A stretch of 64,000 nt of DNA, from IMG/VR virus record IMGVR_UViG_3300035698_027074; one strand, given 5' to 3'. Of this stretch, positions 16,679 through 26,777 are shown in pieces. The notes beneath the pieces were generated by a model. That model was not told the origin of the DNA, ran no database searches, and saw nothing but the letters and a program-made list of their open reading frames with translations. Numbering within the stretch: position 1 is the stretch's first letter; each line of letters opens with the position of its first letter. A program made the position numbers and the translations under genes. Source of the stretch: a virus. Its lineage: Duplodnaviria; Heunggongvirae; Uroviricota; Caudoviricetes.

Positions 16679-16957
16679 TCAATCCTTTCCTGTTAGACTT
16701 ATCAACTTAGCCCTACCGACATTCCTGATTTTTATTATTTTTTTAACCTCAAGAATTGCAATGTACTTTGATATTGTTGGTTTTGAATATCCATTTGGTT
16801 TTTTATCTGAAACAAGAATACTCGTAATCTCTGTAATAGTTGGTGGTTCTTTTGTGTCTTCTAAGACCCTGACTATTCCTTTCTCTATTTCGTTCATATC
16901 AACCACTGATTGTTTATTCGGATTCATACGACTCTTCTGTTGTTTCTTCCTTTTCAA
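16679..16957 (-). CDS. Small winged-helix DNA-binding protein (92 aa)
   Basis: HTH-like PTITEITSILVSDKKPNGYSKPTISKYIAILEVKKII. Confidence 0.45.
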   Translation of the reverse strand: MKRKKQQKSRMNPNKQSVVDMNEIEKGIVRVLEDTKEPPTITEITSILVSDKKPNGYSKPTISKYIAILEVKKIIKIRNVGRAKLISLTGKD

Positions 16958-17102
16958 CTGGTTTAGTTTTTATACCAAGTGCTTCCCTAACTTTTACCAC
17001 AGCGTCTTCGTATGTTAAATCCTTTGGCAAAACTTTACAAAAATTCACACTCCCCTTATATCTCCCCTTTTCAGTTTCAACAACTCTTACAAGAACACCC
17101 AT
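16914..17102 (-). CDS. Hypothetical small protein (62 aa), acidic C-terminus
   Basis: ORF track; promoter motif site 4 lies upstream. Confidence 0.4.
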   Translation of the reverse strand: MGVLVRVVETEKGRYKGSVNFCKVLPKDLTYEDAVVKVREALGIKTKPVEKEETTEESYESE

Positions 17103-17163
17103 AATATAACCTCCTTGTTATTTAATGTCATAAACCATTGTCATCTCTTATTATCATATTATC

Positions 17164-17190
17164 TAATATTGCATAAACTTATATTTAAAG
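17164..17190 (-). promoter_or_regulatory. Recurrent promoter-associated motif, site 4 (variant)
   Basis: taatattgcataaacttatatttaaag; about 60-80 nt upstream of the 17102 start codon on the minus strand. Confidence 0.35.
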
Positions 17191-18204
17191 TTTACCACCC
17201 CTTATCATATATTTCATAAATTCAAAAGTTCCTCCAACCAAACCAATCATCCATGCTATGTTTCTTATTAAGAACATCTTATGGTAGAAAAGTACCTCGT
17301 TGAAGTTTCTTTTAATTCTCCATATATCAACAATCCACAAATTCCATGTCAGAAGTAAACCTCCACAAGACATTACTACAAACCCGTTTTTACCCGTCAA
17401 AATTCCGATAATCATTGAAATTAGACTGAAACCAAGAGTAAATAGTTGTAGTATCATATTTGGTTTTGAAATATGGTCACCCCCTGACTTATTTTTATGT
17501 TCCCAATATAATATTGGAACTGTTTTTGCATATTTTTTTTGTTGATTAAAAAATCCCTTCCATGTGGGTCTATGATAATGATATATTATTGCATTTGGGT
17601 TATAAGATATTAATCTTTTTTTATTTTCCGTCACCCTATACCCCATATCTGTATCATAAGCAACTGGTAAATTTTCTCTCCATTTTAAATTTTTCATTAT
17701 ATCTGTCCTTATCAATAAATTCATGGTAGCGGCTCTACTTATGAATTTACCGAAATGTTTATACCTATCTTCAAGTTCTCTCCCTATTAATTCTTGAAGT
17801 TTAGATTCAGGAATTTTAGGGTTTATAGCTATCCCAGCTACTGCAACGACTTCTTGCCCTTCCTCTGGTGGTCTCACATCCAAACCTTTGATAAGTTGTT
17901 TTAACCAATCCTTTTCTACTTCAACATCCCCGTCTGTTATTACAGTATATTCCGAATCTATTTCTTCCATTGCTTTGTTGTATACTGCAGGGACAGTTCC
18001 TACCATTTGGACAACTTTAAAATTCTTTAAACTTCCGTATTTTTTTTTCATAAACTCAAACGTTCCATCTGTGGACATATTATCCACTATTATTGCCTTG
18101 AAATTTGGATAATCTACATCTCTTATAGAGTCTAAACATCTTTCTATTGTTCTCATTGAGTCCTTTACACTCATCAGAACAGTTATTTCTGGATATTCCA
18201 TCAT
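17185..18204 (-). CDS. Family 2 glycosyltransferase (GT-A fold) with C-terminal membrane segments (339 aa)
   Basis: EITVLMSVKD...AIIVDNMSTDGT...VITDGDVEV, i.e. the GT2 DxD-type motifs. Confidence 0.65.
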   Translation of the reverse strand: MMEYPEITVLMSVKDSMRTIERCLDSIRDVDYPNFKAIIVDNMSTDGTFEFMKKKYGSLKNFKVVQMVGTVPAVYNKAMEEIDSEYTVITDGDVEVEKDWLKQLIKGLDVRPPEEGQEVVAVAGIAINPKIPESKLQELIGRELEDRYKHFGKFISRAATMNLLIRTDIMKNLKWRENLPVAYDTDMGYRVTENKKRLISYNPNAIIYHYHRPTWKGFFNQQKKYAKTVPILYWEHKNKSGGDHISKPNMILQLFTLGFSLISMIIGILTGKNGFVVMSCGGLLLTWNLWIVDIWRIKRNFNEVLFYHKMFLIRNIAWMIGLVGGTFEFMKYMIRGGKL

Positions 18205-18210
18205 TTCACC

Positions 18211-18669
18211 TCATCTGAAAACAGCACCTATCACACATCTTATATTATCCTTAGAAATTTTGTATGGGTCTGTTCCTGGATTATTAAAACCTTTTGTTAT
18301 ATACCAATCTCCTTCCTCTTCATAAATCATATGTAATGCGTATGGTGTTATCACATAATCACCTAGATTAATAGTAACATTCTTTGCGTCAAGACACACA
18401 ACCCAATCATTACCACCAATCAATGGAACCATTGACCCTGTCTCTGGTACTTCATAAAATGTTCTTATTGGTAAATCAAATGTTACGTTACATGACCTTC
18501 CCCTACATTCTATTGACTCCAAATGGGAAGATACATCATCATATGGAATATTTTCTCTTCTCCCTAAATCTTTCCACATTAAATATGTCCATGAAGCAAG
18601 AAATCCTGTTATAGATAAAAAAATCACGATGTTTCCAATAACTTTAAGTGTTTTAAACCAATCAACCAC
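18211..18669 (-). CDS. Signal peptidase I, Sec11/archaeal type (S26B), 152 aa
   Basis: N-terminal TM; box B ETGSMVPLI (catalytic Ser), box C GDYVI, His-containing YALHMIY, box E TKGFNNPGTDP. Confidence 0.55.
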   Translation of the reverse strand: MVDWFKTLKVIGNIVIFLSITGFLASWTYLMWKDLGRRENIPYDDVSSHLESIECRGRSCNVTFDLPIRTFYEVPETGSMVPLIGGNDWVVCLDAKNVTINLGDYVITPYALHMIYEEEGDWYITKGFNNPGTDPYKISKDNIRCVIGAVFR

Positions 18670-20116
18670 CGAATAACCTCCTTGTAGTTTTTATGAGTTC
18701 AGACAATTCTTTCAAACTCCTTATTTTTGATATTCTCATCCATAGATATTTTGGTCTCAAATAATATGATTTATAACACCATTTCACCCATTTTTCAAGT
18801 TCTTTATGTGACATATCAGGAAAATCAACTATAGATTCTTTATATGTGTCAACGGGCTCAAAATCATGTGATTTTGTGGCAAACCAATTGTTTTTTTGGA
18901 TTATTTTATAAAACTCTGTCTGTGGGTGTGGAATGACAACAGCAAAACTAACCCAATCAATCTCCAACATTTTAAGGACTTCCATATTCCATTTTATGGT
19001 TTCTTCAGTTTCAAGTGGGCTTGCACCAAGAAGTATATTAACTTTTGGTTCTATCCCAATTCTTTTCAGATTTAAAACTGCCGTGAATATATCCCCAACT
19101 TTTGTATTCTTCTTGGTGTAGTTTAGTATTTCTTGAGTAAAACTTTCAATTCCTATATCAACCCATTTAAATCCTGCACGTTTCAACCATTCACATGTTT
19201 CTATATCAGTCAATGTGTCTGCACGTAACAAACATCCCATTTCCAAATCCAATGGTTCAAGTAGTTTACATATCTCTATTGTTCTCTCTTTTCCGTTTAC
19301 AAAATTATCATCAATGAATGCTATTGAATTATAACCTTCTTCCTTTAACATTTTCACTTCTTCATATATGTTTTGTGGACTTCTTAATGACATCTGTGGT
19401 TTACACCCAAAATGTTTTTTATGTTCTATTTCCCTTGAGAATGTAAAGGATGATGGTATACAAAAAATACATTGTCCATAACAATTCCTACTCGCCATAA
19501 CTACAGTACTTGGTTTTTTTCTCAATTTAAAATTATAATATTTTCCTTTGTATTTATTTATTAGATGTCTTGATGGGAATGGTAACCTGTCTATATCAAA
19601 ATCTAATTTTCTTGGTGGATTACTTTTTGGATAATCTTTACCCATGTATGTTATCCCCATTATAGTTTTCAATTCTTTGAAGTTGTTACCCATTAATTCA
19701 ACTATCGTATCTTCTGGTTCACCCCTTACAACAAACGTATCTCTATCTGTTACAAAATCACTTGGTCTTCCAGTAGGTTCTGGTCCTAGAAATATTATCT
19801 TTACATTTTCTTTGATTTCCCTGATTTTATCTCTCCAGTATTTATCTAATTTTTCTGACAAGAAAACAGTATAGAAAATATAAACATCAGAGTTGTCTTC
19901 TTTTATAAATTCAATAAAATCTTTTGATTTTCTATCCGTGACTATAAAATCTTCAATAACAACTTCATGCCCCTCTTTTTCTAACATAGCAGCAGGATAG
20001 AGTATGAAAACTGGTTCTGAAAAATATAACCCGAAGTTGCAGCCGTACAAACGCTCGGGAGCTCTCCCATTATTTATTTCATCTATTGCTGGTGGTATTA
20101 AAAATGTTACTTTCAT
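18662..20116 (-). CDS. Cobalamin-binding (class B) radical SAM enzyme, 484 aa
   Basis: N-terminal B12-binding-like Rossmann segment (MKVTFLIPPAID...); radical SAM CxxxCxxC in SRNCYGQCIFCIPSS; C-terminal HKFY..RP..Y motif shared with the five paralogs. Confidence 0.7.
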   Translation of the reverse strand: MKVTFLIPPAIDEINNGRAPERLYGCNFGLYFSEPVFILYPAAMLEKEGHEVVIEDFIVTDRKSKDFIEFIKEDNSDVYIFYTVFLSEKLDKYWRDKIREIKENVKIIFLGPEPTGRPSDFVTDRDTFVVRGEPEDTIVELMGNNFKELKTIMGITYMGKDYPKSNPPRKLDFDIDRLPFPSRHLINKYKGKYYNFKLRKKPSTVVMASRNCYGQCIFCIPSSFTFSREIEHKKHFGCKPQMSLRSPQNIYEEVKMLKEEGYNSIAFIDDNFVNGKERTIEICKLLEPLDLEMGCLLRADTLTDIETCEWLKRAGFKWVDIGIESFTQEILNYTKKNTKVGDIFTAVLNLKRIGIEPKVNILLGASPLETEETIKWNMEVLKMLEIDWVSFAVVIPHPQTEFYKIIQKNNWFATKSHDFEPVDTYKESIVDFPDMSHKELEKWVKWCYKSYYLRPKYLWMRISKIRSLKELSELIKTTRRLFGG

Positions 20117-20400
20117 CTCAATCCCTCCGAATCATTAATGAAAAATTTCTTCAATCCTTTTTTTCCTAGATAAATTAAAAATCCTACAAAAAATACTAGA
20201 AATGCTAGTAAACCAAATATTAACCTAGAAGTCCTAATTCTCAATACAAATTGGGGAAGTGGAAGGAAAATCCAATTTGGCATAATTACCACCATGAAAA
20301 TATACGCACCCAAGAACATCAATAAAATACCAATGAATTTCTTGACTTCAAATTTATTCATTTCAACCCCTCCACAATTTCTTTTGCACTCAACATACAT
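20113..20400 (-). CDS. Small membrane protein (95 aa)
   Basis: Three hydrophobic helices. Confidence 0.4.
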   Translation of the reverse strand: MYVECKRNCGGVEMNKFEVKKFIGILLMFLGAYIFMVVIMPNWIFLPLPQFVLRIRTSRLIFGLLAFLVFFVGFLIYLGKKGLKKFFINDSEGLR

Positions 20401-21641
20401 TTGTCTATGTTGATATATTCAAAATAACCAAACCTTCCAGCCAATATCAACCCCTTTCTTTGATAATAACTTCTTATCTTTTCAATGTTTTTGTAATAAA
20501 AATTATCTGGAACAATGTAGGCAAATTTATTCTTTTTTAATTTTGTAAACATTATATCCTTTTCTTTGATTATTCCATTCTTGACCAAAATATTTACTGC
20601 TCTCTTCTCAACATTTTTTGGTTTCTTGTCTCTGAATGTTATTTCAGTAGTTATCATTCCCCTTCCTTTTGGAACATTATGAGGACTGTAATTGGCAGGA
20701 AAACTTGCTCTTGTTATGAAATCACCAAAATTAATCCAAGATACCCTTTTCATTGTAGGTTTCTTTAGAGCAATTAAAATTGTATATAGTGAATTCACCT
20801 TTAATTTCCCTATCTTTTCTTCTATGTCTTTACTTGTACCAATTACCGATGGTAAAAGAGGTAATGGTATTGTTGAAATCAGTTTATCAAATTTATAATA
20901 GTCTTTGTCTGTCTTAACTACCCACTTATTTCCTTTTTTTCTTATTTCAGTTACTTTTTCATTAAATATATATTCTCCAAAATCACAGACTTCAGAAAAT
21001 AATCCATCTGCAATTGTCTGACTTCCACCTTCCTTTGGATAATAAAATGTCGCTTGTGCCTTAAGACCAGTCACTTCCATGTCCAACGTAGATTTAATCA
21101 TTTCGTCTATTGTTGGTTGAGGTATTCTCTCTACTAATTTTACACTCAATTCCTTTGGGTCAATATTCCACCAAGTTCTATTGACTGGAATAAGATATTT
21201 ATCTGATAATGATTTACCAAAATACTGATAGAACCACTCCACAACGTTTTTTGGTTCTCTAAATTGGCCCTTCATCATTTTAGCTTCTATGAAATCCCTT
21301 AAGAATTCAAATCTATCCTCCTTATTCAATTTTCCTATTCCACTTTCAAATGGATATTTAATTATTTTTCCCTTATAAAAATTCTTTGCATACCTTGTCC
21401 TTTTGTAAAGATTCTCTTTCCCCATAACTTTGACAAAAATATCAAGGATGTCCTTATATTTAGACCAGAGTAAATGTTCACCACCTGTGTTGAATGTGAA
21501 TCCTTCTACAAAATCAGTGTTCATCAGTTCACCACCAGGTTTGTCTCTTTTTTCAATTACAGTAAATTCATGTTTGGTATCTTTCATAAAATAAGCCAAA
21601 CCTAAACCAGTTATTCCTGCTCCTATTATTCCTATTTTCAT
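20358..21641 (-). CDS. FAD-dependent oxidoreductase, UDP-galactopyranose mutase-like (427 aa)
   Basis: N-terminal GxGxxG (MKIGIIGAGITGLGLAY, EKRDKPGG). C-terminal GLILAGRFGYFEYINIDKCM resembles Glf GGRLAEYKYYDMHQV. Internal YLIPVNRTWWNIDPKEL resembles Glf YTEKQWG..ELP. Confidence 0.5.
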   Translation of the reverse strand: MKIGIIGAGITGLGLAYFMKDTKHEFTVIEKRDKPGGELMNTDFVEGFTFNTGGEHLLWSKYKDILDIFVKVMGKENLYKRTRYAKNFYKGKIIKYPFESGIGKLNKEDRFEFLRDFIEAKMMKGQFREPKNVVEWFYQYFGKSLSDKYLIPVNRTWWNIDPKELSVKLVERIPQPTIDEMIKSTLDMEVTGLKAQATFYYPKEGGSQTIADGLFSEVCDFGEYIFNEKVTEIRKKGNKWVVKTDKDYYKFDKLISTIPLPLLPSVIGTSKDIEEKIGKLKVNSLYTILIALKKPTMKRVSWINFGDFITRASFPANYSPHNVPKGRGMITTEITFRDKKPKNVEKRAVNILVKNGIIKEKDIMFTKLKKNKFAYIVPDNFYYKNIEKIRSYYQRKGLILAGRFGYFEYINIDKCMLSAKEIVEGLK

Positions 21642-21999
21642 CTTCCCACCTCAATCAATTATTTTCACAATTACAACAATCACCAATATAATAAGTATAA
21701 TCGGTGAGAGTATCAATATAATAGATGACAATACCATAAGGATTATCAACACAAATATTCCTATAACTAGGAAATATGGTATTGATAATAACAATAATAA
21801 TCCAAATATTATATTTTCCTTATCCATTTTTCATCTCCTTCAACATTTTTAGTATTTCATCCAATCTTTGGAGAATTATTCCATTCCCCCCATACAAACG
21901 GCTGAAATATGGTTCTTGTAAGACACCACAATGTGGGCAATATATTGCCCCATCACTTATTTTTGACTTACATCTATGACATTTCATTATCTCACTCTC

Positions 22000-22485
22000 C
22001 TACATTACATAATATTTTTCGCCTACTTTGAGACAGATTGTATTTCCATATCGAGACATGTCCACTTTATTTGGTGGTTTTACAAACTGAATCTTTTCAG
22101 CTTTCATAATTTCTTCCAATTCTTCTAATCCAAAATTGTAGAAGAGAGCACTAAAAACAATTTTTTTAAGTCTTTCTTCGACAAAATCAGTATGTTTTAA
22201 AATCTTATTTAGTTTTTCAGTTATTTGGTCTATCTTCTTTCCTGGTAAAGGTTTGTCCTTCATTTTAATATCAAAAATCAACTTTCTTCCAGTATCAGTA
22301 ATCTTTTCTATTCTTCCTTGTTCATCTCCAACTATTAGGTTCGTTACATTTTGTGTTTCAAGGAATGGAAAATAATTATATGGGTTTTCTGCAGTTCCCA
22401 TAAAAATATACTTACCAGCACGAATAGTCCCTGGTTTAACAAAAATTACATCCTCTGTCCTTGACTTGATTTTATTTTCTGGCAT
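22000..22485 (-). CDS. Hypothetical protein (161 aa)
   Basis: ORF track. Confidence 0.4.
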   Translation of the reverse strand: MPENKIKSRTEDVIFVKPGTIRAGKYIFMGTAENPYNYFPFLETQNVTNLIVGDEQGRIEKITDTGRKLIFDIKMKDKPLPGKKIDQITEKLNKILKHTDFVEERLKKIVFSALFYNFGLEELEEIMKAEKIQFVKPPNKVDMSRYGNTICLKVGEKYYVM

Positions 22486-22715
22486 TAAAATTCAACTATT
22501 GGTTTTTTTTCATTTGATTTTTTTATTTTGAAACATGATGTCCCATAATCTGGTTTTATTTCCTTGATTTCTTTATCTAGTTCTGTTTTCTTTTCTTCTA
22601 AGGCATCAGTAACATCTTCCTTTAGTCCTTCTAAAATGTTTTTTGTTATCTCACTTTCTATTCCTTTATTATTTAGGTATTTCTTTAATCCCAACTCTAT
22701 TTCTTTCATTCCCAT
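22485..22715 (-). CDS. Hypothetical small protein (76 aa)
   Basis: ORF track. Confidence 0.35.
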   Translation of the reverse strand: MGMKEIELGLKKYLNNKGIESEITKNILEGLKEDVTDALEEKKTELDKEIKEIKPDYGTSCFKIKKSNEKKPIVEF

Positions 22716-23097
22716 CCATTCTCTCCTCCAAATTTTTTAGGTCTTTTGAGGTTATATCCCCCATCATAATAGATTTTTCAATTGATTCAACAAAACTTGT
22801 AACAAGACCATATTTTGAATTATTGAAATGTTTATTTAAGATTAGATTGACCAAATCATATCTTTTTTTATCCTCTTTCTTTAAATTAACTCTTTTGAAG
22901 GTCAATTTTAACCTTGTTTTTTTATCTAAATATTCAAAATCTTCTAGTATATATTTTTCATAAATATTAACGTCTTCCATAACTGGTGACCAGTCACATA
23001 CCTCGACAGTAAATCCTTTTTTCAATTTAATGAATAATGACTTACTTGGGAATTCTCTCCCTTCATGAAATCTACTAAATACTTCCATTATTATCAC
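22669..23097 (-). CDS. Hypothetical protein (142 aa)
   Basis: ORF track. Confidence 0.35.
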   Translation of the reverse strand: MIIMEVFSRFHEGREFPSKSLFIKLKKGFTVEVCDWSPVMEDVNIYEKYILEDFEYLDKKTRLKLTFKRVNLKKEDKKRYDLVNLILNKHFNNSKYGLVTSFVESIEKSIMMGDITSKDLKNLEERMDGNERNRVGIKEIPK

Positions 23098-23218
23098 TTC
23101 AGAGATGAAATTATACTAGCACATTTTGCCATTTTATGAAATTTCATTTTACATGTTTTTTTGTAGGAACAATGTTCACAATATTTGTTCCTAAACTCTT
23201 TAATTCTATCTATCATTA

Positions 23219-24634
23219 TTAAACCCCTATTAATTGTTTTAACACCTTTGTCATCATACTTGGGTTCTTAAGGAAATAAGAACCTAAAGATATTGGATGA
23301 GAAATATTACTTCTTACTTTTGATATTGTACATGCACCTAACACCTTCTTATAAATCTCACTGAACTTCTCTTTATCCATTTTACTTAGAATAACATTAT
23401 CACCATGGAAGAACTGGTTTATTTTATTCCAGTCCATATTATCAGAAACAAGACCTTGTTTTTTTGCATATTCCCATAACTCTGTTCCAGGTAATGGTGT
23501 TGTTATATAAGCTGTACAACTATCCATATCGTTCCCTTTAATGAATTTTAATGTATCATTCATTTCTTCTTCAGTTTCTTCTGGATTTCCCAACATAAAA
23601 CCAGAACCCATTGCAAATCCATGTTTTTTACATTGTTTTACGGCATTCCTGTTATCTTCAACTGTTACAGTTCCACGTTTTAAATATTTTAAAACTCTCT
23701 CATTTCCACTTTCCAGTCCAAAACCAATATAATAAACATTCATTTTTTTAAGGAGTTCACATACTTTATCTGACATCATATTTGCTCTTCCCTGTATTCC
23801 AAATTCAACTTTTTCATGTATTCCTTCTTCCCTAACTAAATCAACTATTTTTTTGAGTCTTTCAATGTTAACTGCGAATATATCATCAAAAATGTTGATA
23901 TATTTGACATTATATTTTTCTATCAAAAACTTCATTACATCAACAGAATACTCTGGTGAATTATATCTAAGGACCTTCCAGAAATGTGAACTTCCACAAA
24001 ATACACAATTATAAGGACATCCTCTAGAAGTCATCATAGACATTCCTTTACCGAATTTTCTTGGAAAGTGGTCCTGTTTTCTTAGATAATATTTTAGATT
24101 AAAGGAATCATAATCAGGAACACCAACTTTATCCAATGGTTTGATAAGTTCCCTTCTTCCAGTATTGATTCTTTCCTTATTTCTATGAAAAACTAGACCT
24201 TTTATTTTCTTTAATTTCTTGTTATCCCAACCCATTTTTGAGCTGTCTTTTTCAAATAAATTCAATAATTCAACTAAAGTTTCTTCACCCTCACCCAAAA
24301 TACCAACATCAAAACAATCCTGTAACATATGAGGTAATGCCGTCACATGATGACCACCAATCATTATTGGGATTCCATCATCCTCTTGTATTTTCTCTGC
24401 CAAGAGTATCGTCTCATGAAATTCCAGTGTTGATGATGAAATTCCTATAACATCTGGTTTGTCTTGTTTCAATCTTTGTTGTATATTATCACAAGCAGCA
24501 TCAATAATAGAAGTCTTCCAATCTGTATGTTGTTTAATAAAGGACGATAAAAAACCTACACCCAATGGTGGATAATGAAGACTAAGTGGAGTAGGTTTAT
24601 ACATTGCTAAAAAACTTATTTTGATAATTCCCAC
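23219..24634 (-). CDS. Cobalamin-binding (class B) radical SAM enzyme, 471 aa
   Basis: TSRGCPYNCVFCGSS (CxxxCxxC); N-terminal B12-domain-like region with GISSSTLEF...GGHHVT. Confidence 0.7.
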   Translation of the reverse strand: MGIIKISFLAMYKPTPLSLHYPPLGVGFLSSFIKQHTDWKTSIIDAACDNIQQRLKQDKPDVIGISSSTLEFHETILLAEKIQEDDGIPIMIGGHHVTALPHMLQDCFDVGILGEGEETLVELLNLFEKDSSKMGWDNKKLKKIKGLVFHRNKERINTGRRELIKPLDKVGVPDYDSFNLKYYLRKQDHFPRKFGKGMSMMTSRGCPYNCVFCGSSHFWKVLRYNSPEYSVDVMKFLIEKYNVKYINIFDDIFAVNIERLKKIVDLVREEGIHEKVEFGIQGRANMMSDKVCELLKKMNVYYIGFGLESGNERVLKYLKRGTVTVEDNRNAVKQCKKHGFAMGSGFMLGNPEETEEEMNDTLKFIKGNDMDSCTAYITTPLPGTELWEYAKKQGLVSDNMDWNKINQFFHGDNVILSKMDKEKFSEIYKKVLGACTISKVRSNISHPISLGSYFLKNPSMMTKVLKQLIGV

Positions 24635-24975
24635 CTCACTATTATAAAATCCATCGGTAGTTTGTACATTTTGTCAAACCATTTACACATCTCTTCTGAA
24701 TTTTCAAATCCATCCTTTCTTGCTATCTCATCGGGATGTTCATCTGTACCGTAAAATATTGGATAAACACAAACGTCATTCTTTTCAAATTTCATCTTTA
24801 TTACGTCTGTTATTGTTCCTTCCCCTAACTTTTCACAATTCTTTGTCCTCATTCCTTTGTATAAATATGCTGTCTGACCAACCTTTGGCATGTTCTTCCT
24901 GATTGTTCTTATTGTCTGTGTTTTTTCTCCTGACTTCACTTTGTCTAAAAAGACACTGAAACTGAATGATGGCAT
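24616..24975 (-). CDS. ASCH (PUA-like) domain protein, 119 aa
   Basis: N-terminal FLDKVKSGEKTQTIRT is typical of the ASCH fold. Confidence 0.4.
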   Translation of the reverse strand: MPSFSFSVFLDKVKSGEKTQTIRTIRKNMPKVGQTAYLYKGMRTKNCEKLGEGTITDVIKMKFEKNDVCVYPIFYGTDEHPDEIARKDGFENSEEMCKWFDKMYKLPMDFIIVRWELSK

Positions 24976-25268
24976 TATTTTTTCCCTCGTTTTTCCTCAA
25001 GATATGTTATTTTTATGATTGCTGTCTTTTTCGGAAATATGTGAAGATATTTGAAACCACCTTCTTCCCATATTTCTTTTGCAATATAATAATTATTCTT
25101 GTTCTCATGTACCAACCAACCAATAATACTACATTTAGATGGTTCTAGGTCTTTAATATCTTCTACTTCTAAAATAGAACTATCCCAACTCTGGACATCT
25201 ATCCAATCTATCTTTACCATTTTTGGTAATTTCTCTTTCATGTATGTATCATCTCTTTTTCTAACCAC
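24975..25268 (-). CDS. Hypothetical protein (97 aa)
   Basis: ORF track. Confidence 0.35.
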   Translation of the reverse strand: MVRKRDDTYMKEKLPKMVKIDWIDVQSWDSSILEVEDIKDLEPSKCSIIGWLVHENKNNYYIAKEIWEEGGFKYLHIFPKKTAIIKITYLEEKRGKK

Positions 25269-26305
25269 TTGTCAAATTTATCAACAACATTCTTCCAGTT
25301 GAATTCACGTGCTGTTTCAAGTCCATTTTTACTTAATTTCTTCCTTAATTCGTCATCTCCTAAGACCTTCAAGATTGCATCTGCCATTATTTTTGGTTTT
25401 TGTGGTTCAATAACAAGACTATTCTTTCCGTCTACTGCGTAGTCCTCTGTTCCATATTTAGTTGTGAGTATTGGAGTCCCACATGCCATTGCTTCTAGTG
25501 GTGGGAGAGGGAATGACTCATACCATGACGGGCAAACAACCAAATCAGCAGAATTATAAAGTTTGACTAATTCTTCATCAGATGGGAATTTAACGAATTT
25601 ATGTGGTATTTTCAGGTCTTTTGGACCCCTTAGACCATAAAAAGTAAGTTCAATTTTATCAAACATCTTCTTGTTTTCTTTCTTTATGATTTCCATTGAT
25701 TTTATTAAATCTGGTAATCCTTTCCATTCTATATAATCCTTAGCCAATGATATTATCCTGAATTTTCCCTCTTCTTTTGGTTCATATGTATTATATTCTT
25801 CTTCTTTCATTGGTCTGAATAGTTTGGTATCAATACCATTTGGTATGTACTCACTTTCTATCCCCTCCTCTTTAAATAACCTCTTTTTAGCCCATGTTGA
25901 ATTTATTGTACCTTTAAAACCTAAATGATAACTCTTCTTTGCAAAATATTTCATCACAAAATTATCAAAAAATAATGGTTCATAATGTTGTATCCTGTAA
26001 ACCTTAAAACCAGAATGTAATTTTACTGGGAATGTGGTGAAACACCAGGTAGCTACTTGAACTTCTGCTTTTGGTATACCCATAGCAAGTTTCTTAAGAC
26101 CGAACAACATATGTGGTAATGATGGATATTTGAATGGTGTGTTCAATAAATTTATCTCGGCTCTCAGAGGAAACCAAGATACATCACCACTAGCAGCAGT
26201 GACACTCACATTATGACCCTTGTCAACAAGTCCATTAGCTAATTCAAAAATACATCGGTTTCCACCTGTACATTTACTGTTAAAAATTGTAAAGTTTATT
26301 CTCAT
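25238..26305 (-). CDS. Family 4 glycosyltransferase (GT-B fold), 355 aa
   Basis: EAMACGTPILTTKYGTEDYAVDGKNSLVIE (the GT4 E-x7-E motif). Confidence 0.7.
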   Translation of the reverse strand: MRINFTIFNSKCTGGNRCIFELANGLVDKGHNVSVTAASGDVSWFPLRAEINLLNTPFKYPSLPHMLFGLKKLAMGIPKAEVQVATWCFTTFPVKLHSGFKVYRIQHYEPLFFDNFVMKYFAKKSYHLGFKGTINSTWAKKRLFKEEGIESEYIPNGIDTKLFRPMKEEEYNTYEPKEEGKFRIISLAKDYIEWKGLPDLIKSMEIIKKENKKMFDKIELTFYGLRGPKDLKIPHKFVKFPSDEELVKLYNSADLVVCPSWYESFPLPPLEAMACGTPILTTKYGTEDYAVDGKNSLVIEPQKPKIMADAILKVLGDDELRKKLSKNGLETAREFNWKNVVDKFDKWLEKEMIHT

Positions 26306-26661
26306 CTTGATAACACCCCAAAAAATACACTGAAATCATTAAATGCGTCCATAAACGCAACCAAAAGGAACATCGTAGTGATTATATCTAACATGATAGG
26401 TTCAACGACAATCTTTCCTCTTCTAACCATTACATATATACTTAAAATGAAAGTTGGTAATATTATATAAGTTATGAACTCTGCCATTCCACCCAAAGTA
26501 TATGATAACCTTGCTAGAGGATTTATCTCAATAATTGACGATACTTCCTGTGTAGTCCCACATAAATCCGATGTTTTATAAATGATGACTCTTGAAAACA
26601 TATATGCGAATAACAGGAAAAATATTCCCATAATTACATACCAATCATTTCTAATCATCAT
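26302..26661 (-). CDS. Small polytopic membrane protein (119 aa)
   Basis: Four hydrophobic helices; overlaps both neighbours by 4 nt. Confidence 0.4.
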   Translation of the reverse strand: MMIRNDWYVIMGIFFLLFAYMFSRVIIYKTSDLCGTTQEVSSIIEINPLARLSYTLGGMAEFITYIILPTFILSIYVMVRRGKIVVEPIMLDIITTMFLLVAFMDAFNDFSVFFGVLSR

Positions 26662-26777
26662 AATTCAACTCCCTTAACCTATAGATGATATTATCACTGT
26701 TCATGAATATTGGTTCGTATAAATTTACGTCATTCCCTATAACTTCTACAAACATAGGAGTCATAGCACCGATTAAA

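Noticed and set aside
18211-18669. Calling this ORF part of the glycan pathway rather than a signal peptidase
   Set aside because: The S26-type boxes (GSM, GDYV, H, GFNN..D) are present in order, although the protein is shorter than typical Sec11. It is kept as signal peptidase at moderate confidence.
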